The position numbers were made by a program, and so were the translations under genes. Source: Candidatus Moraniibacteriota bacterium (lineage in GTDB: Bacteria; Patescibacteriota; Minisyncoccia; Moranbacterales; UBA1568). Taken from it: a stretch of 64,000 nucleotides of DNA. Position 1 is the first letter of the stretch. Each line of letters opens with the position of its first letter. The DNA lies in assembly GCA_013334575.1 (NCBI GenBank), contig JAAXXG010000003.1:12699-76698 (forward strand). The letters are read 5' to 3'. Below the pieces are notes generated by a model. That model ran no database searches. It was not told where the DNA came from and was given only the letters and a program-made list of their open reading frames with translations. Shown piece by piece: positions 63,530 through 64,000 of this stretch.

Positions 63530-64000
63530 ATGTCGAGTGAGACCATGTCGCTGGGAGAAAGTATGCGGGAGCGGAACAACGAGAGGAGTCTGGTCGAGCG
63601 GTATCGGGAACGGCCGATCGAACTTCTGGAGGAATTTTCCGGGATCACCGTCGAGGAACTCGAGGCGCGGTTTCCGGGAGAGTTTCCGATTATCGCCTGT
63701 GATTTCGGCATATACGGTATCGGCGATGGGGAGGAGTTTCCCGGGGGATATCGTTCGGGTCGTGTCCTCTCGGTCGATCATCACGCGTCGACGTCGAGGA
63801 TGGCTCACAGGATCTCGAGTACGACGCTCGCTATCAAGCAGGCGCGAACCGAAGGATTTCCGGGAACCGGACGGGTCGTTATCCACCATACCGATTGTGA
63901 CAGCCTGCTTTCTTCACTCATCGTGAGCGGTTTCCTTCCTCCGGAAGAACGGTTCAATGCCGCGGCGATCGCAGCCGACCATACCGGGGAGCCGGACGAG
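63530..64000 (+). CDS. Hypothetical protein, 3'-truncated at the window end
   Basis: The frame is open from the ATG at 63530 to the window end, with GC3-rich codon usage. His-rich motifs SVDHH and VIHHTDCD are present. This frame is not in the supplied ORF track because it has no stop. Confidence 0.4.
   Translation, partial: MSSETMSLGESMRERNNERSLVERYRERPIELLEEFSGITVEELEARFPGEFPIIACDFGIYGIGDGEEFPGGYRSGRVLSVDHHASTSRMAHRISSTTLAIKQARTEGFPGTGRVVIHHTDCDSLLSSLIVSGFLPPEERFNAAAIAADHTGEPDE

Noticed and set aside
1-64000. CRISPR arrays
   Set aside because: No run of regularly spaced identical 25-40-bp direct repeats with unique spacers was seen. All repeats here are dispersed or paired (M0/M1/M2, palindromes, gene-end duplications).

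Overview
This 64-kb window is GC-rich bacterial chromosome, and all gene calls come from reading the ORF translations and motifs by eye. The first ~24 kb is a dense housekeeping backbone. It holds a GT2 glycosyltransferase, a WecA/MraY-family transferase and a DUF192 protein, then a short bifunctional Rel/SpoT and pyruvate kinase. A dprA–patatin–topA operon follows, then a HAD hydrolase, endonuclease III, an MsbA-type ABC exporter, an LPXTG protein with its own sortase, a GNAT, and an RcnR-like repressor with its operator beside an ACR3/BASS-type permease. It ends with trxA–trxB, a second patatin translationally coupled to an APH-fold kinase, mscL and an isochorismatase-like hydrolase. Six tRNA genes are present (Ala-TGC, Ile-GAT, Met-CAT twice, Asp-GTC, Ser-GCT). 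Three of these loci carry orphan duplicates of tRNA halves. From ~25 kb to the end, accessory DNA with patchy low-GC genes dominates. It contains a promoter-plus-leader repeat family (M1, at least 7 copies) in front of orphan genes, and a ~150-bp hairpin-rich MITE-like element (M2, 4 copies) with CTGTAGAAA terminal inverted repeats. It also contains an IS481-family insertion sequence. Two candidate defence modules are present. One is a Dcm-type m5C methyltransferase overlapping a 551-aa MORC-like GHKL ATPase with a C-terminal Rx4H (HEPN-like) motif. The other is an OLD/ABC-type AAA ATPase overlapping a small TOPRIM-like (DUF4276/RloB-like) protein. A tandem array of four 5'-end copies of one P-loop kinase gene separates single cargo genes (Fic, minimal nucleotidyltransferase, TraB/GumN-like). 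Two further cases of insertion flanked by ~80–100-bp duplications involve the rubrerythrin 3' end and a CYTH gene 3' end. The segment also holds three peptidase-S51 paralogs, two CYTH proteins, a radical-SAM/SPASM protein, an NRAMP transporter, a rubrerythrin and a second thioredoxin. The sortase/LPXTG pair, short Rel and small proteins suggest a Gram-positive-type envelope, possibly a CPR/Patescibacteria-like lineage. That taxonomic placement is inference only. No CRISPR array and no rRNA were seen.
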